From an uncultured Verrucomicrobiae bacterium (GTDB lineage Bacteria > Verrucomicrobiota > Verrucomicrobiia > Opitutales > Opitutaceae): a DNA stretch of 64,000 bases. The stretch lies in assembly GCA_963800005.1 (NCBI GenBank), contig CAWCZH010000006.1, positions 1,690,226 through 1,754,225 of the forward strand, given 5' to 3'. Made by a program: the position numbers and the translations under genes. Shown one piece after another: positions 20,380 through 30,838 of this stretch. Within the stretch, counting starts at the first letter, position 1. Every line of letters begins with the position of its first letter. The notes under the pieces are model-generated. The model was not told the origin of the DNA and did no database searches. It saw only the letters and a program-made list of their open reading frames with translations.

Positions 20380-21258
20380 ATGATATATCACAACCGCATC
20401 GCACACGTTCTCCGACTCGGCGTCGGAGTTCTCGCCGGGCTGGCCGCGCTCGCCGGCCCGGCTCAAATCCGAACGCTCGATACCTTCAACAGCAGCCAGC
20501 TGGCGCGGGACGACGACGGCTCGACCGGCTTGGTGAACATCGGCTTCACCGTGAATTTTTTTGGTACGGATTACAATCAGCTGTATGTGAACAACAACGG
20601 CAACGTGACGTTCGCCAGTCCGCTCTCGACGTATACTCCATTCGACTTGGTGGCTTCAACGAACAACCCGATCATCGCCCCGTTCTTTGGTGACGTCGAT
20701 ACGCGTGCGCCCGATTCCGGCATCACGACTTATGGGACCGGAACGCTCGAGGGTAAGTCCGTCTTTGCCGTCGATTGGATAGGGGTTGGAGTTTTCTCCG
20801 AGCTCCCAATCTATAATTCGTTTCAGCTGCTCCTGATTTCTCTTGGTGGCGGCGATTTCGACTTCGAGTTCAACTATAGCATGATCAACTGGGAAACTGG
20901 CCAAGCCAGCGGCGGGAACAGTCTCGGTCTGGGCGGAGACTCGGCGCACGTCGGCTATAATAACGGCGCAGCGATGCCCACGAGCTTCGAGCTGGTAGGC
21001 TCCGGCGTTAATGGAGCCTTCCTAAATACCAACACGACGACTGGCCTCATCTATAATTCCCTCGGGACGCCATTCGACGGCGCGACGACGGCCGGCCGTT
21101 ATGATTTCGCTGCCATCAACGGCACGGTGATCACGGCGCCCCCATCGCCGACCCCGGTTTTGACGGCCGTGCCAGAGCCGTCGACGTACGGCATCATCGG
21201 CAGCATCGCCCTCGCCGGCATGGCCGGGTGGCGCCGCCGTCGCTTCGCGCGGGTCTAA
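20380..21258 (+). CDS. PEP-CTERM sorting-domain protein (exosortase substrate)
   Basis: The C-terminus is VPEPSTYGIIGSIALAGMAGWRRRRF, i.e. PEP motif + TM helix + Arg cluster. There is an N-terminal signal. The central domain is rich in N/G/T/S, typical of secreted PEP-CTERM proteins. Confidence 0.8.
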   Translation: MIYHNRIAHVLRLGVGVLAGLAALAGPAQIRTLDTFNSSQLARDDDGSTGLVNIGFTVNFFGTDYNQLYVNNNGNVTFASPLSTYTPFDLVASTNNPIIAPFFGDVDTRAPDSGITTYGTGTLEGKSVFAVDWIGVGVFSELPIYNSFQLLLISLGGGDFDFEFNYSMINWETGQASGGNSLGLGGDSAHVGYNNGAAMPTSFELVGSGVNGAFLNTNTTTGLIYNSLGTPFDGATTAGRYDFAAINGTVITAPPSPTPVLTAVPEPSTYGIIGSIALAGMAGWRRRRFARV

Positions 21259-21282
21259 GTCACGGCATTGGGCGCTGGCGCC

Positions 21283-21322
21283 CCATGCAGCCGGGGCGCC
21301 ACTTCGGCGCCCCTTTTTTTTC
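21283..21322 (+). terminator. Rho-independent terminator after PEP-CTERM gene
   Basis: Stem-loop GGGGCGCC-acttcg-GGCGCCCC followed by a T9 run. Confidence 0.6.
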
Positions 21323-21358
21323 TTTTCGATTCCGTGCGCCGGTGTTCCGCTCCGCCGT

Positions 21359-21814
21359 ATGAAGGTACTTCACGCGCTCGGTGGACTCGTGTTGCTCCTC
21401 GGTTGCGCCGGCCTGTTCGGAGCGACGAGCGACATTTCGGAACGAGCGATCGCCGCCGTTATCGCTGCGGACAACGCACGCGGTGCGGCTTTGCTTGCCG
21501 CGGATACAGCTGCGTTAGGGCGGCTGCTCGCGGACGACCTCCGTTATACACACAGCACCGGAAAAATCGAGACGAAGGCCATCCACCTCGCCACGATCAC
21601 CAACGGTCTGCGCTACGAAAAATTCGTGACGTCCGACCTGCAGGGCCAGCTGATCGCGCCGGGTGTCGTCGTGCTCACGGGTAAAATGGACCAGCGGAAG
21701 AACACGAATGGGAAAATTTCAGCAGGGATCCTGATGTTCCATGCTGTCTGGCGGGACGACGCGGGCGGGTGGCGCCTGGTAAGCATGCAAACCGCCGTGA
21801 TCCCGCCGAGCTGA
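21359..21814 (+). CDS. NTF2-like / SnoaL-like (DUF4440-type) small secreted protein
   Basis: 151 aa with a signal peptide. Size and hydrophobic pattern fit the NTF2 fold. Confidence 0.6.
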   Translation: MKVLHALGGLVLLLGCAGLFGATSDISERAIAAVIAADNARGAALLAADTAALGRLLADDLRYTHSTGKIETKAIHLATITNGLRYEKFVTSDLQGQLIAPGVVVLTGKMDQRKNTNGKISAGILMFHAVWRDDAGGWRLVSMQTAVIPPS

Positions 21815-22031
21815 ACGGCATTGCGGGACTGGCCACGGCCAGGTGGGCGTCGGCCGGCCTATATACTTTGATCAACGGTATATACCGGAGCCGCGGCCGG
21901 TGGGCACCGGCTGCTCGCATTGCCGCCGCATCGCCTAACGCAACGCAGCTATATACGTGGTATATACCACCTGTCCGGCCGCGCCTGCGATCGCGGCGCG
22001 TGCGTCGCCAACGGCGCCGGGTCTGGCGAAC

Positions 22032-23330
22032 CTAGTCCCCGCCGGAACCGGAACCGCCGCCCGGGACGGCCTTGTCCAGCTTGGCGATGACAGTGGCTTT
22101 GCTGAGATAGCCTGGGTCAATCTCCAAGCCCATCCCTGGTCCTTTGGGCACTTGGATTTTGCCGTTGGTGATCTTGAAATCGGGCGAGTACCACGTCGGC
22201 GGCTTCGGTGTCGCGCGCCACGGATATTCCATGAGTGGCCCGGCGTTCGCCGTGCACGACGCGAACTGTAATATATTGACCGAGGTCGCGCCAGTCTGGG
22301 TATTGTGCGGGACGATTTTGCGTCCGAGTTCTTCGGCGATGCGCGCCACGCGTTTGGCGCGGATCAGCCCGCCGTTATAATTCATGTCCGGCTGCACAAT
22401 TTGCATCACGCCGTTCTTCAGCATCCAATCGAACTGCCATAAGCTGAATTGTTGTTCTCCGAACGCGATCGGGATGCGAAGCGTCCGCGCCACGGCCTGC
22501 GTCTCCGACCATTCCTCGAATGGGCACGGCTCCTCGTAGAATGTATAGTTGAGGCTCTCGAGCAGACGGCCGATGCGGATGCCGTTCTCCACGTCGTATG
22601 AGCCGTTCGCGTCGGCCATGAGGCTGACCTTGTCGCCAAGCTTTTCGCGCGCGAGCGTGAGCAGTTTTTCGGTGCGGCCGGGGTAGGTGTCGACATTCCG
22701 ACTCATGCGGCCGCCCATATGAAATTTGACGGCGAGCGTACCTGTCTCCTCGACGCCGCGCACATAGACATCGACTTCTTCCTCGGCGGAGAGGACGCGC
22801 TCGGAGCCGGACAGGTAGATCGGAATCTCGCTGTGGATGACGCCGCCGAGGAGGGCACCGACCGGCTTGTTCGCGATTTTTCCGAGCAGGTCGAGAACGC
22901 TCTGCTCGACATAGGCGATGCAGCACCAGAGCGGAATGCTCGCGAGTTTATAGTTCTGGCGGTAGACGTAATCGACGAGCGACTCGAGGTCTCGTGCATC
23001 TTTGCCGACGAAATGCGGCGCGACGAGATGCTGAAACAACGGGATAAAATCTTCGACCTGCTTGGTCCCGGTGATGCCCTCGGCGCCGTCTGTCGAGCGC
23101 GTGCGCACGAAAAAGTTGGAGCCGTTGCGGAGCATTTCGACCGAGGCAATTTTCACCGGCGTCGAGAGTTGGCCGGGGAGGTCGAACATCGGGGTTTCAT
23201 ATTCCCTCAGCACCGGCACGACGTGCTCCGGGACGGCTGCGAGATCGGCCGCGTCGAGGGAACGGGGAAGCGACGCCGCCAAGGCCGCGGTGCCGGTATA
23301 TTTAATCCAATCTCGTCTTGATATATTCAT
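22032..23330 (-). CDS. Enolase-superfamily enzyme (mandelate racemase/muconate-lactonizing-like dehydratase) with Tat signal
   Basis: N-terminus MNISRRDWIKYTGTAALAASL is a Tat motif. An MR/MLE-like capping domain plus TIM barrel follows, with the KxK…D…E…D metal-ligand spacing pattern. Confidence 0.75.
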   Translation of the reverse strand: MNISRRDWIKYTGTAALAASLPRSLDAADLAAVPEHVVPVLREYETPMFDLPGQLSTPVKIASVEMLRNGSNFFVRTRSTDGAEGITGTKQVEDFIPLFQHLVAPHFVGKDARDLESLVDYVYRQNYKLASIPLWCCIAYVEQSVLDLLGKIANKPVGALLGGVIHSEIPIYLSGSERVLSAEEEVDVYVRGVEETGTLAVKFHMGGRMSRNVDTYPGRTEKLLTLAREKLGDKVSLMADANGSYDVENGIRIGRLLESLNYTFYEEPCPFEEWSETQAVARTLRIPIAFGEQQFSLWQFDWMLKNGVMQIVQPDMNYNGGLIRAKRVARIAEELGRKIVPHNTQTGATSVNILQFASCTANAGPLMEYPWRATPKPPTWYSPDFKITNGKIQVPKGPGMGLEIDPGYLSKATVIAKLDKAVPGGGSGSGGD

Positions 23331-23377
23331 GGGGTTTGGTGCCGGGTCGCGTTGGCGAGGGATATATATATAAATTA

Positions 23378-24285
23378 CTAACTCGGAGAGTGGCCGGTGG
23401 GGGCCGGCGGCAGCGTTTGGATATAGGACCAGAGCGCCTTCAGTTCGAGGTCATTCATCTTCCCGAGTTCGCGCGGCATCACCGGACTAAGGGCCCGTCC
23501 AGACGGCTCTGTCCCCGCTCGCAGTGCCTGGATGAAATTCGCCTCGCTCCAGCCGGCCACGGCCGTGCCGGTGCCGCGCGTCAGATTGGCGGCGGCCGGC
23601 CAGTCCGGCGGACCTTCGGTGATCTTGCCGCCCGAGAGATGCGGATTGTGGCAACCCGTGCACGTCGAGGCGAGATAGCGTCCGTATTCGGGCGTCAACG
23701 CCGGCATGATGGTCGCCGCGGGCCGGATCGTGTGGTCGATGACGTCCGCGGAGAGCCGCAGTTTGCCCAACGTGAGCAACGCGCGGGAGACGGGCCCGGG
23801 CGCGACGGGCTCGGACGGGCGATCGACGGCGGCGACCGATTGTATATATCCCAAAAGGTTGCCGAGGTCCTCGTCGCTGAGTTCCACGTAGTCTTTCGAG
23901 GGCATGATGAGGAGCGGGTGGCCATCGCGCGCGACGCCGTGACGCACGGCCCGCACCCAATCGGAATTGCTATAGCCAATCACGCGACTGCCGCTTCCGG
24001 TGGTGAGATTGGGTCCGTAGATCCGGCCCATCGCAGGGTCGTCGGTGACCTTCGCGCCGGCGAGGTCCTCGCCGTGGCAGCTCACGCAGCCGCGGATTTC
24101 GGCAATGTGACGTCCGCGCAGGCGGGCGTCGGCGGTCGTGGCAACCGCCACGCCCGGCACGGTGAGATCATATTGCCGGTGGAGCTTGCGGGAGCTGACG
24201 ATATATACTGTCGACGCGAGGACGACGACAAGGAGGGCGAGCACGCCAACGATCCGGAACAACCAGCGGAGAAGTTTGCGCATGC
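23378..24285 (-). CDS. Diheme c-type cytochrome, membrane-anchored
   Basis: Start MRKLLRW followed by a TM helix. Two CxxCH haem-binding motifs are present (CVSCH, CTGCH). The long Arg-rich 5' extension of the listed ORF (to 25204) looks like non-coding shadow. Confidence 0.75.
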
Positions 24286-24649
24286 ACCTCCCTAGCTGAG
24301 TTATCCGGCGACGGTGAAGTACATTTTGAACTTTCCGGGCGCGGTGGTCGGATTTCGCGCGGGGAACAGGTGGATGCGTCGGCCCCGAGCCGCGGTGTAT
24401 AGTATATATAGGACTATATTCGCGTTCAGCGGCGCGGCCCGCTTCGGGAGGGGACGTCGGGACCGAGGTCTCGGTGGGAAGGGCGTGCCTCCGGATGGGG
24501 TGGGTGGCTTCCCGGCTAAGAAAGGGGCGCTGCCAGCGATCCGCCTCGACGCGCGACGTTCGTGGGAAATAGGATCGCGGGATGTCAGCGCGTGCAGCTC
24601 CATCGACGAGAGTGACGCGGCGGCGCGGCTGAACCGGAGCGGGGCGACC

Positions 24650-25132
24650 ATGGCTGGACAGAGGGAAGACTATATGATGCGGATCGCCGCGATGATGGCG
24701 GAGATGCTCCGGCGGATCAGCGGGTTGCGCGAGGCGGGGAGTTCGGAGCAGGCGCTGGCTTTGATCATTGTCGCGCAGGAGAAGCTGTTCCAGCGTCCGG
24801 TCGCGGCGTTTGCGGCGCTGGACATGGCGGAGCAGTTGCGGTTGCTCGCGCTGGATGAACCTGCCGAGCAAGGCCGCGCGAAGCAGCTGGCGTATGCGGC
24901 GACGCTGCGGGAGGCCGGGTTGATCTATGAAGCGCGGAGTCGCGCGGATGCGGCGGTGAGCGCGTTTCAGCTCGCGCTCTATATCCTGTTGTTCGTGGCG
25001 GCGGACGACCCGGCGCGGCAGGCGGACTTGCGTCCACAAATTCGCGCGCTGCTCGCCGCCGTTCCGCCCGAGCAGCTGTTCGCGCCAACGCTCGAGCTGC
25101 TGAAACGCTTTCCGGTCGCGGGGGGTGGCTGA
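24650..25132 (+). CDS. Hypothetical alpha-helical protein
   Basis: About 160 aa from MAGQREDYMM. Leu/Ala-rich helical composition unlike the Arg-rich antisense frames. No recognised domain. Confidence 0.4.
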   Translation: MAGQREDYMMRIAAMMAEMLRRISGLREAGSSEQALALIIVAQEKLFQRPVAAFAALDMAEQLRLLALDEPAEQGRAKQLAYAATLREAGLIYEARSRADAAVSAFQLALYILLFVAADDPARQADLRPQIRALLAAVPPEQLFAPTLELLKRFPVAGGG

Positions 25133-25364
25133 CCGCTGGATTCGCGCGCGGAGAAGCAGGCGCGGCGCGCGCGGGGGCGATCGAGATGCTGCCACCGGAC
25201 GCAAGCCGGAGCGACGATCGAGATAATATATTGGTATATATACACGCGATTCCCGCGGGGTGGCGGGACGGTGGAGCCACAGACGGATGCACGGGCGCGG
25301 TCACGGGTGGTTCGAAACCGGCACTCGACTTGCTTCCCCGCGTGGACCACCTCTGTCCATCCCC

Positions 25365-26705
25365 ATGATTAAAGCCTGCTTCCAATTGTCCTGCGCCTTG
25401 GCGGCCGTCGCGTTCGCCCCCGGTGCTTCCGGCGCGACGACGGGCGTGCCCCTGGACGGCCAGACGATCCTGACTCACCGACAGCAAAATGATATAGTGA
25501 CGGCCCGCCTGCGCGAGCGTTTTGATGTTCTCCTGCCCGGTCTGATGGAGCGCAACGGCATCGATATGTGGATTATCCCGACGCGCGAGAACAACGCGGA
25601 CCCGGTATTCCCCTCGGTCTCGCCGCTCACGTATTTCTCTTCGCGGCGCCGCACGATCCTCGTGTTCTTCAATCCGGGCGGCGGCCGGCCAGTGGAGCGC
25701 TACTCGATCGGCCGTTTCGATTACGACCGGCTATATACTCAGGTGCCGACGGACAACGACCTCCAATATGAAGGGCTGCGAAAACTCGTGGAGGAGAAAA
25801 AGCCGAAGGTGATCGGCATCGACGAATCGGATTTCTGGAATCACGCGGATGGCATCACGGCGAACGAGAAGCGTCGGCTCACGGAAGCGCTCGGCAGCGA
25901 GTACGCCGGTCGCATGAAATCCGCCGAGATGCTGGCGGTGGGCTGGCTGGAGGCGAAGACGCCGGCGCAGCTGGCGGATTATCGTCATGTGATGAAAGTC
26001 GCGCACCGCGTGATCCAAGAAGCGTTTTCGAATCGGGTGATCACGCCGGGCAAGACGACCTCGGAGGACGTGGTCTGGTGGATGCGCCAGCGCGTCGCGG
26101 AGTTCGGGCTCGGCAGCTGGTTCCATCCCTCCGTCACGATCTGGCGAAAAGGCGATTCTGTCGTGACGATGAAGGGTGGCGTGATCCAGCCGGGTGACAT
26201 GCTGCACACGGATTTCGGGGTTATATATCTCGGCCTCTCGACGGACACGCAGCACCTCGCGTATGTTTTGAAACCGGGCGAGACGGAGGCGCCGCAGGGT
26301 TTGCGGGACGGCTTGAAGCAGGCGAACCGTTTGCAGGAACTGACGTTGGAAAACGCGCGGATCGGCCGCAGCGGCAACCAGGCGCTGCATGACGCGCTGG
26401 CGCAGGCAAAGAGCGAGGGAATCACGCCACAGATATATTGTCACGCGATTGGATATTACGGCCACGGCTCGGGTCCGCCGATCGGCATGGCCGACAACCA
26501 GGAGTCGGTGCCCGTGCGCGGCGACTATACATTTCACCCGAACACGTGGGAATCGATCGAGCTGAACGTGACGCATCCCGTGCCCGAATGGGGTGGCCAG
26601 GCCGTTCGCTTTTCCGAGGAGGAGGACGCCGCGCTCGGCGAGTCGGGGAAGTGGGAGTGGATCGACGGCCAGCAGACCAAATTCTACCTGATTCAGCCGT
26701 CATAG
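25365..26705 (+). CDS. M24 family metallopeptidase (Xaa-Pro aminopeptidase/creatinase-like), secreted
   Basis: A signal peptide from MIKACFQL, an N-terminal creatinase-like domain, and a pita-bread C-domain with His/Asp/Glu metal-ligand pattern (…HAIGYYGHGSGP…). Confidence 0.75.
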   Translation: MIKACFQLSCALAAVAFAPGASGATTGVPLDGQTILTHRQQNDIVTARLRERFDVLLPGLMERNGIDMWIIPTRENNADPVFPSVSPLTYFSSRRRTILVFFNPGGGRPVERYSIGRFDYDRLYTQVPTDNDLQYEGLRKLVEEKKPKVIGIDESDFWNHADGITANEKRRLTEALGSEYAGRMKSAEMLAVGWLEAKTPAQLADYRHVMKVAHRVIQEAFSNRVITPGKTTSEDVVWWMRQRVAEFGLGSWFHPSVTIWRKGDSVVTMKGGVIQPGDMLHTDFGVIYLGLSTDTQHLAYVLKPGETEAPQGLRDGLKQANRLQELTLENARIGRSGNQALHDALAQAKSEGITPQIYCHAIGYYGHGSGPPIGMADNQESVPVRGDYTFHPNTWESIELNVTHPVPEWGGQAVRFSEEEDAALGESGKWEWIDGQQTKFYLIQPS

Positions 26706-26862
26706 CCGTCCGCCGGGCCCCGCCAACGGGCCTGGAAGTCAGAGATATATAGCGTGGAGTATATTCGAGCCATATACATATACCCACATGTATATATGGG
26801 TTTGTGTATAGATCTATTTCGCGCCTGCCGCTGAAGACGTGGCCGGCTGCGCGGCGCGGGGG

Positions 26863-27771
26863 TCAGTGCGTCCGCAGGAATTGCACGATGCGCTGGAGCG
26901 CGGGGCGCATGACCTCGGGGCGTCCATATTCGACGAGCATGAAGGCGTGCGCGACGCCGGGAATTGTTACCAGGTCGACGGATGCGCCGACCTGCTTGGC
27001 GCGCGCGGCGAAGGCCTCGGCCTGCGTCACTGGCACGGAAGTATCATCGCGTCCGTGTAACACGAGAATCGGGGGCGCCGCAGCGGTGAGATGAAAGGTG
27101 GGGGAGAATTTCCACGCCGGATCGTCCGAGGGCGTGGAGCTGGACGGCTTGGATCCCTGCAGTCCGGGCTGGTTGCGGGCCCAGCTCAGGGTGGTGAGGT
27201 CGAGGACGGGATTGATGAGCACGAGCGCATGCGCGTGCCAGCGCGGTTCGTCGGGTGGCAGCACGCCGAGAGCGCACGCGAGTTGTCCACCGGCGGATTC
27301 GCCCAACACGTTGACATGCGTGGGATCCCATCCGCGGCTTTTCGCTTCGGCCTGGATCCACGCAAACGCCGCGCGCGCGTCGAGCTCGGCTTCGGCGATG
27401 GTGACGCCGGGCTGGCTGGTGAGCCGGTAGGAAACGTTGACGCAGGCGAAGCCCGAAGCCGCGAGGTAGCGCGCGTGCGGAGCGAGGGTGCTCGCGGAAC
27501 TTCCACTCCAGCCACCACCATGCAACAGCATGACGACCGGAACCGCCGCAGCCCGGGCGGTGGCGGAAGTTGCCGGACTATATAGCGCAACCTGTACTCC
27601 TGGCGCTGCCGGCGGCGGCAGCGCGACCGACGCGGGCGCGGGTGTCTCGTGCGTAAACGCCTCCCAGGCAGCGACGTCATCGGACGAGGCGGCTCCGAGC
27701 CGGCCGAGGGTTGCGAGAGCAAGGGCAAATCCGATTCGGGCGGGCGTGCGGGTCAGCTCGGGAATTTTCAT
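26863..27771 (-). CDS. Secreted alpha/beta-hydrolase esterase (HGGG / GESAGG motifs)
   Basis: Signal peptide, HGGGW oxyanion motif and GESAGG nucleophile elbow, typical of hormone-sensitive-lipase-like esterases. Confidence 0.8.
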   Translation of the reverse strand: MKIPELTRTPARIGFALALATLGRLGAASSDDVAAWEAFTHETPAPASVALPPPAAPGVQVALYSPATSATARAAAVPVVMLLHGGGWSGSSASTLAPHARYLAASGFACVNVSYRLTSQPGVTIAEAELDARAAFAWIQAEAKSRGWDPTHVNVLGESAGGQLACALGVLPPDEPRWHAHALVLINPVLDLTTLSWARNQPGLQGSKPSSSTPSDDPAWKFSPTFHLTAAAPPILVLHGRDDTSVPVTQAEAFAARAKQVGASVDLVTIPGVAHAFMLVEYGRPEVMRPALQRIVQFLRTH

Positions 27772-28176
27772 GAGGCGCCGGCCACGCCGGCAGTGCCGTG
27801 GATGGGGCGCGGGAAAGGCGGGGCAAGCCTATTCTTCTCTTTATATAACATGTATATAGCACCGACTCGCAGCGAGAGGAGCTTCCGTTTAACGATGCCC
27901 ACCGTTTCCGACCCCGCGGCTCGGCGAGCCTCCACCCGGCCCGCGGGTTTCATTCGAGCGACAATATTATAATGGAATGATAAAGCCCGCGGGTCGTGCT
28001 GGCGCCCGTTTCGCATGTATATACAGGTCGAACCGTTTAGCACTGGCGCTCGTTTCATCGATGTGTCGGCGCGGGATGGCGGTATGACCGGCCGCGCACC
28101 GCGATCCCGCAACTGGCTGCGCAACCCGGTGTCGGATGGGCGGCTTGACTTGCGTTTTTATATTAAACCGCGACTT

Positions 28177-28836
28177 GTGAAGATCCTCGTCATCGGCGCA
28201 ACCGGGGCCACGGGAAAAGAGATTCTTGCCCAAGCGGCAAGTCGGGGAGAAAGCGTGACCGGCTTGGTCCGAAGCGCGAAGGCCTCGTTCGGCCCGGCGA
28301 TTTCCAGGCTGGTCGGCGATGTTCTCGATCGCGGCAGTTTGGAGCGGGCGCTGATCGGACAGGATGCCGTGATTTGCGCGCTGGGTTCCGCGTTGAGCGG
28401 TCCGTTCAAGGATGTCACGTTGCTGTCGCGAGGGACGCAAAACCTAATCGACGCGATGGAGGCCCACGGCGTGAAGCGGCTCGTCTGCATCACGGGAATT
28501 GGCGCGGGCGACAGCATGGGGCATGGGCCGTGGTATTATAATTCGCTGCTTCAGCCCCTGCTCTTGCGGGGAGTATATAGGGACAAGACCAGGCAGGAGA
28601 CGGTTGTGCGCGCGAGCCGGCTGGACTGGACAGTGGTGCGTCCGGGCCTGTTGAACAACGGCCCTGGGCGGGGCGTCGAGGCGGTGCGCGCGTTTACGAA
28701 TCTCGCGGGAGTCCGGGTCAGTGCGATCAGCCGGACGGACGTCGCCGCGTTTTGCCTCGGAGAGCTGGGCGAGGGCCGTTATCGCGGACAAGCCCCGGTC
28801 ATCGCGTATCGGAACGAGGACGCGGCGGTGGCCTGA
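28177..28836 (+). CDS. NAD(P)H-binding NmrA/atypical-SDR family protein
   Basis: KILVIGATGATG Rossmann motif. The start codon is uncertain (GTG at about 28177 or an upstream ATG at 28084). Confidence 0.65.
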   Translation: MKILVIGATGATGKEILAQAASRGESVTGLVRSAKASFGPAISRLVGDVLDRGSLERALIGQDAVICALGSALSGPFKDVTLLSRGTQNLIDAMEAHGVKRLVCITGIGAGDSMGHGPWYYNSLLQPLLLRGVYRDKTRQETVVRASRLDWTVVRPGLLNNGPGRGVEAVRAFTNLAGVRVSAISRTDVAAFCLGELGEGRYRGQAPVIAYRNEDAAVA

Positions 28837-28863
28837 TCGAGCGTCGCAGGAAACGCGGCGGCA

Positions 28864-29322
28864 GTGTGGGCCGATGTATATTGGTTGCCGGGCCGGCTCG
28901 ACCAAGCCACTCTCGGATGGATGAAAGCGCTCGCGCTCCGCCCAGCGAAGGCGCTAACGCCCGAAAAGCAGCTCACCGCGTTCATCGAGAAATTCGTCTC
29001 GGCGACGCGCCGCTTAATCCGGCTGGTACGGCAGGAGCTTCGTCGGCGCCTTCCCGGATATAATGAATTGGTATATGATAATTTTAATTTCTTTGTCATC
29101 GGCTATAGCCCGACCGAGCGGCCCTCCGATTGTGTGCTCTCGCTGACCGCTGCGGCGAATGGCGTGGCGCTCTGTTTTATTCAAGGCGCGAGCCTCGCGG
29201 ACCCGCACGGGATCCTGCTCGGCTCCGGAAAGCAGACGCGGTTTCTGCGGATCGACTCCGTGGGCGTGCTGACGCTGCCGGAAGTGGGGGGCGTTGATCG
29301 CGGCGGCCGTCGACCGCGGTAA
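28864..29322 (+). CDS. Hypothetical protein (DUF1801-like)
   Basis: 152-aa ORF with plausible coding composition. Only weak family resemblance. Confidence 0.35.
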   Translation: MWADVYWLPGRLDQATLGWMKALALRPAKALTPEKQLTAFIEKFVSATRRLIRLVRQELRRRLPGYNELVYDNFNFFVIGYSPTERPSDCVLSLTAAANGVALCFIQGASLADPHGILLGSGKQTRFLRIDSVGVLTLPEVGGVDRGGRRPR

Positions 29323-29605
29323 GCCGCTCGCCAAGCCGGCGAACGACGCAGCCCTGACTATCCGCTCGGTCTCCGCGCGCCAGCGACCCCGCCGGCCGCC
29401 GTCCGCGAGCGGCTGAGTATATAGCGGCGGAATTCGGCCGGCCTCTATATTATTTGCCGTCGTGTATATTCATGCGCGCCGGACCCCCGGCGTTAGTTCG
29501 GGAGCGTCTTCGACGAAAGGATTTTTCTTCACGTGCGGCGAAGTCGGGGAAACAAAGTTTCGAACTCTGTTTCTCCAGGGAAATAGTTTATACCGTATTT
29601 TCCCC

Positions 29606-30799
29606 ATGAGACGTTTTCTTATCCCGCTGCTTTTCCTCGCTGGGTTATGGTCGCTTCGCGCCGAGACGTCGGTGTCACCAGCGGCCACCGTGGACCCGGT
29701 AACCAGCCTGCAGAATTCGCGGCTCCAGTTCGAGCGGACGCTGCGCGGCAACGTCGCGTTCCTCGGTGGATCAATCACCGAGATGGAAGGATACCGCCCG
29801 CGGGTTTGTGCGGCTTTGCGGGCGCGGTTTCCGGACACGGTGTTCACGTTCACGAACGCGGGGATCTCGTCCACCTGCTCGAACACGGGCGCGTTCCGAC
29901 TCGATCACGACGTGCTTTCGCGCGGGCCGGTCGACCTGCTCGTTGTGGAGTTTGCGGTCAACGATGACCAGGACGGCGGGTTCTCGCGCACGCAGTGCAT
30001 CCGCGGGCTCGAGGGCGTGGTCCGGCACGCGCTGCAGGCGAATCCATATACGGATGTCCTGGTGGTCTACTTTGTGAATCAGGCGCACCTGCAGGCGTAC
30101 CAAGCAGGCAAAACACCGCTCGCGATTTCCGCTCACGCCGCCGTGGCTGATTATTATCGGTTGCCGACGATCAACGTCGCCGAGGCGCTGGCGGCGGCGA
30201 TCGGGCGCGGGGAGATGACATGGCAGAAATATGGAGGTGTGCATCCCGGGCCGGCCGGCGCTGATTTCTGTGCGCAGTTGTTCAGCCAGCTGTTCCAACG
30301 CGCCTGGAATGGACCGGTGGCGAGCGACGCGCGCGTGGCGCCGCATGCGGTGCCAGAGCGTCCGCTCGATCCTTATAGCTACAGCCGCGGCGAGTATATA
30401 GCACCCGACCGCGCCCGCGTCGGCAGCGGGTGGGTGCTGGGCGTGCCGGACTGGGGGAAGCTCGCGGGCTCGAAGCGCGAGCGGTTCACGTCGGTGCCGA
30501 TGCTCTCGGCCGACACGCCCGGCGCGGCATTGACGCTGAAGTTTTCCGGGTCGGCGGTGGGAGCGTATATAGTGTCCGGCCCCGATGCCGGAGTGGTGGA
30601 GGCGAGCATCGACGGCGGTCCGGCGCGGCGGATTGTCCTGAAGACGCCGCACAGTGGCGGGCTGCATTATCCGTGGACGGTGATGTTCGCGGACGAGCTG
30701 CCGCCGACGGATCATATATTAGACCTGAGAATCGCGGACGAGCCCGGCAGCGGAGGCCACGCGATGAGGATCATGCAGTTCGCGGTGAATCCGCGGTAG
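29606..30799 (+). CDS. Secreted SGNH/GDSL-family hydrolase with C-terminal beta domain
   Basis: Signal peptide MRRFLIPLLFLAGLWSLRA. Block I FLGGSIT (GDS-like Ser) and a downstream DxxH-type region. Probably a carbohydrate esterase. Confidence 0.7.
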   Translation: MRRFLIPLLFLAGLWSLRAETSVSPAATVDPVTSLQNSRLQFERTLRGNVAFLGGSITEMEGYRPRVCAALRARFPDTVFTFTNAGISSTCSNTGAFRLDHDVLSRGPVDLLVVEFAVNDDQDGGFSRTQCIRGLEGVVRHALQANPYTDVLVVYFVNQAHLQAYQAGKTPLAISAHAAVADYYRLPTINVAEALAAAIGRGEMTWQKYGGVHPGPAGADFCAQLFSQLFQRAWNGPVASDARVAPHAVPERPLDPYSYSRGEYIAPDRARVGSGWVLGVPDWGKLAGSKRERFTSVPMLSADTPGAALTLKFSGSAVGAYIVSGPDAGVVEASIDGGPARRIVLKTPHSGGLHYPWTVMFADELPPTDHILDLRIADEPGSGGHAMRIMQFAVNPR

Positions 30800-30838
30800 C
30801 GGCCGGCCGTGTGAGGTGGTCGAAGCTTTTTCTTATCA

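Noticed and set aside
24286-25204. N-terminal 300-aa extension of the cytochrome c ORF (23378..25204)
   Set aside because: The extension is Arg-rich low complexity and overlaps the better-looking plus-strand gene 24650..25132. A proper start, MRKLLRW + TM, exists at 24285.
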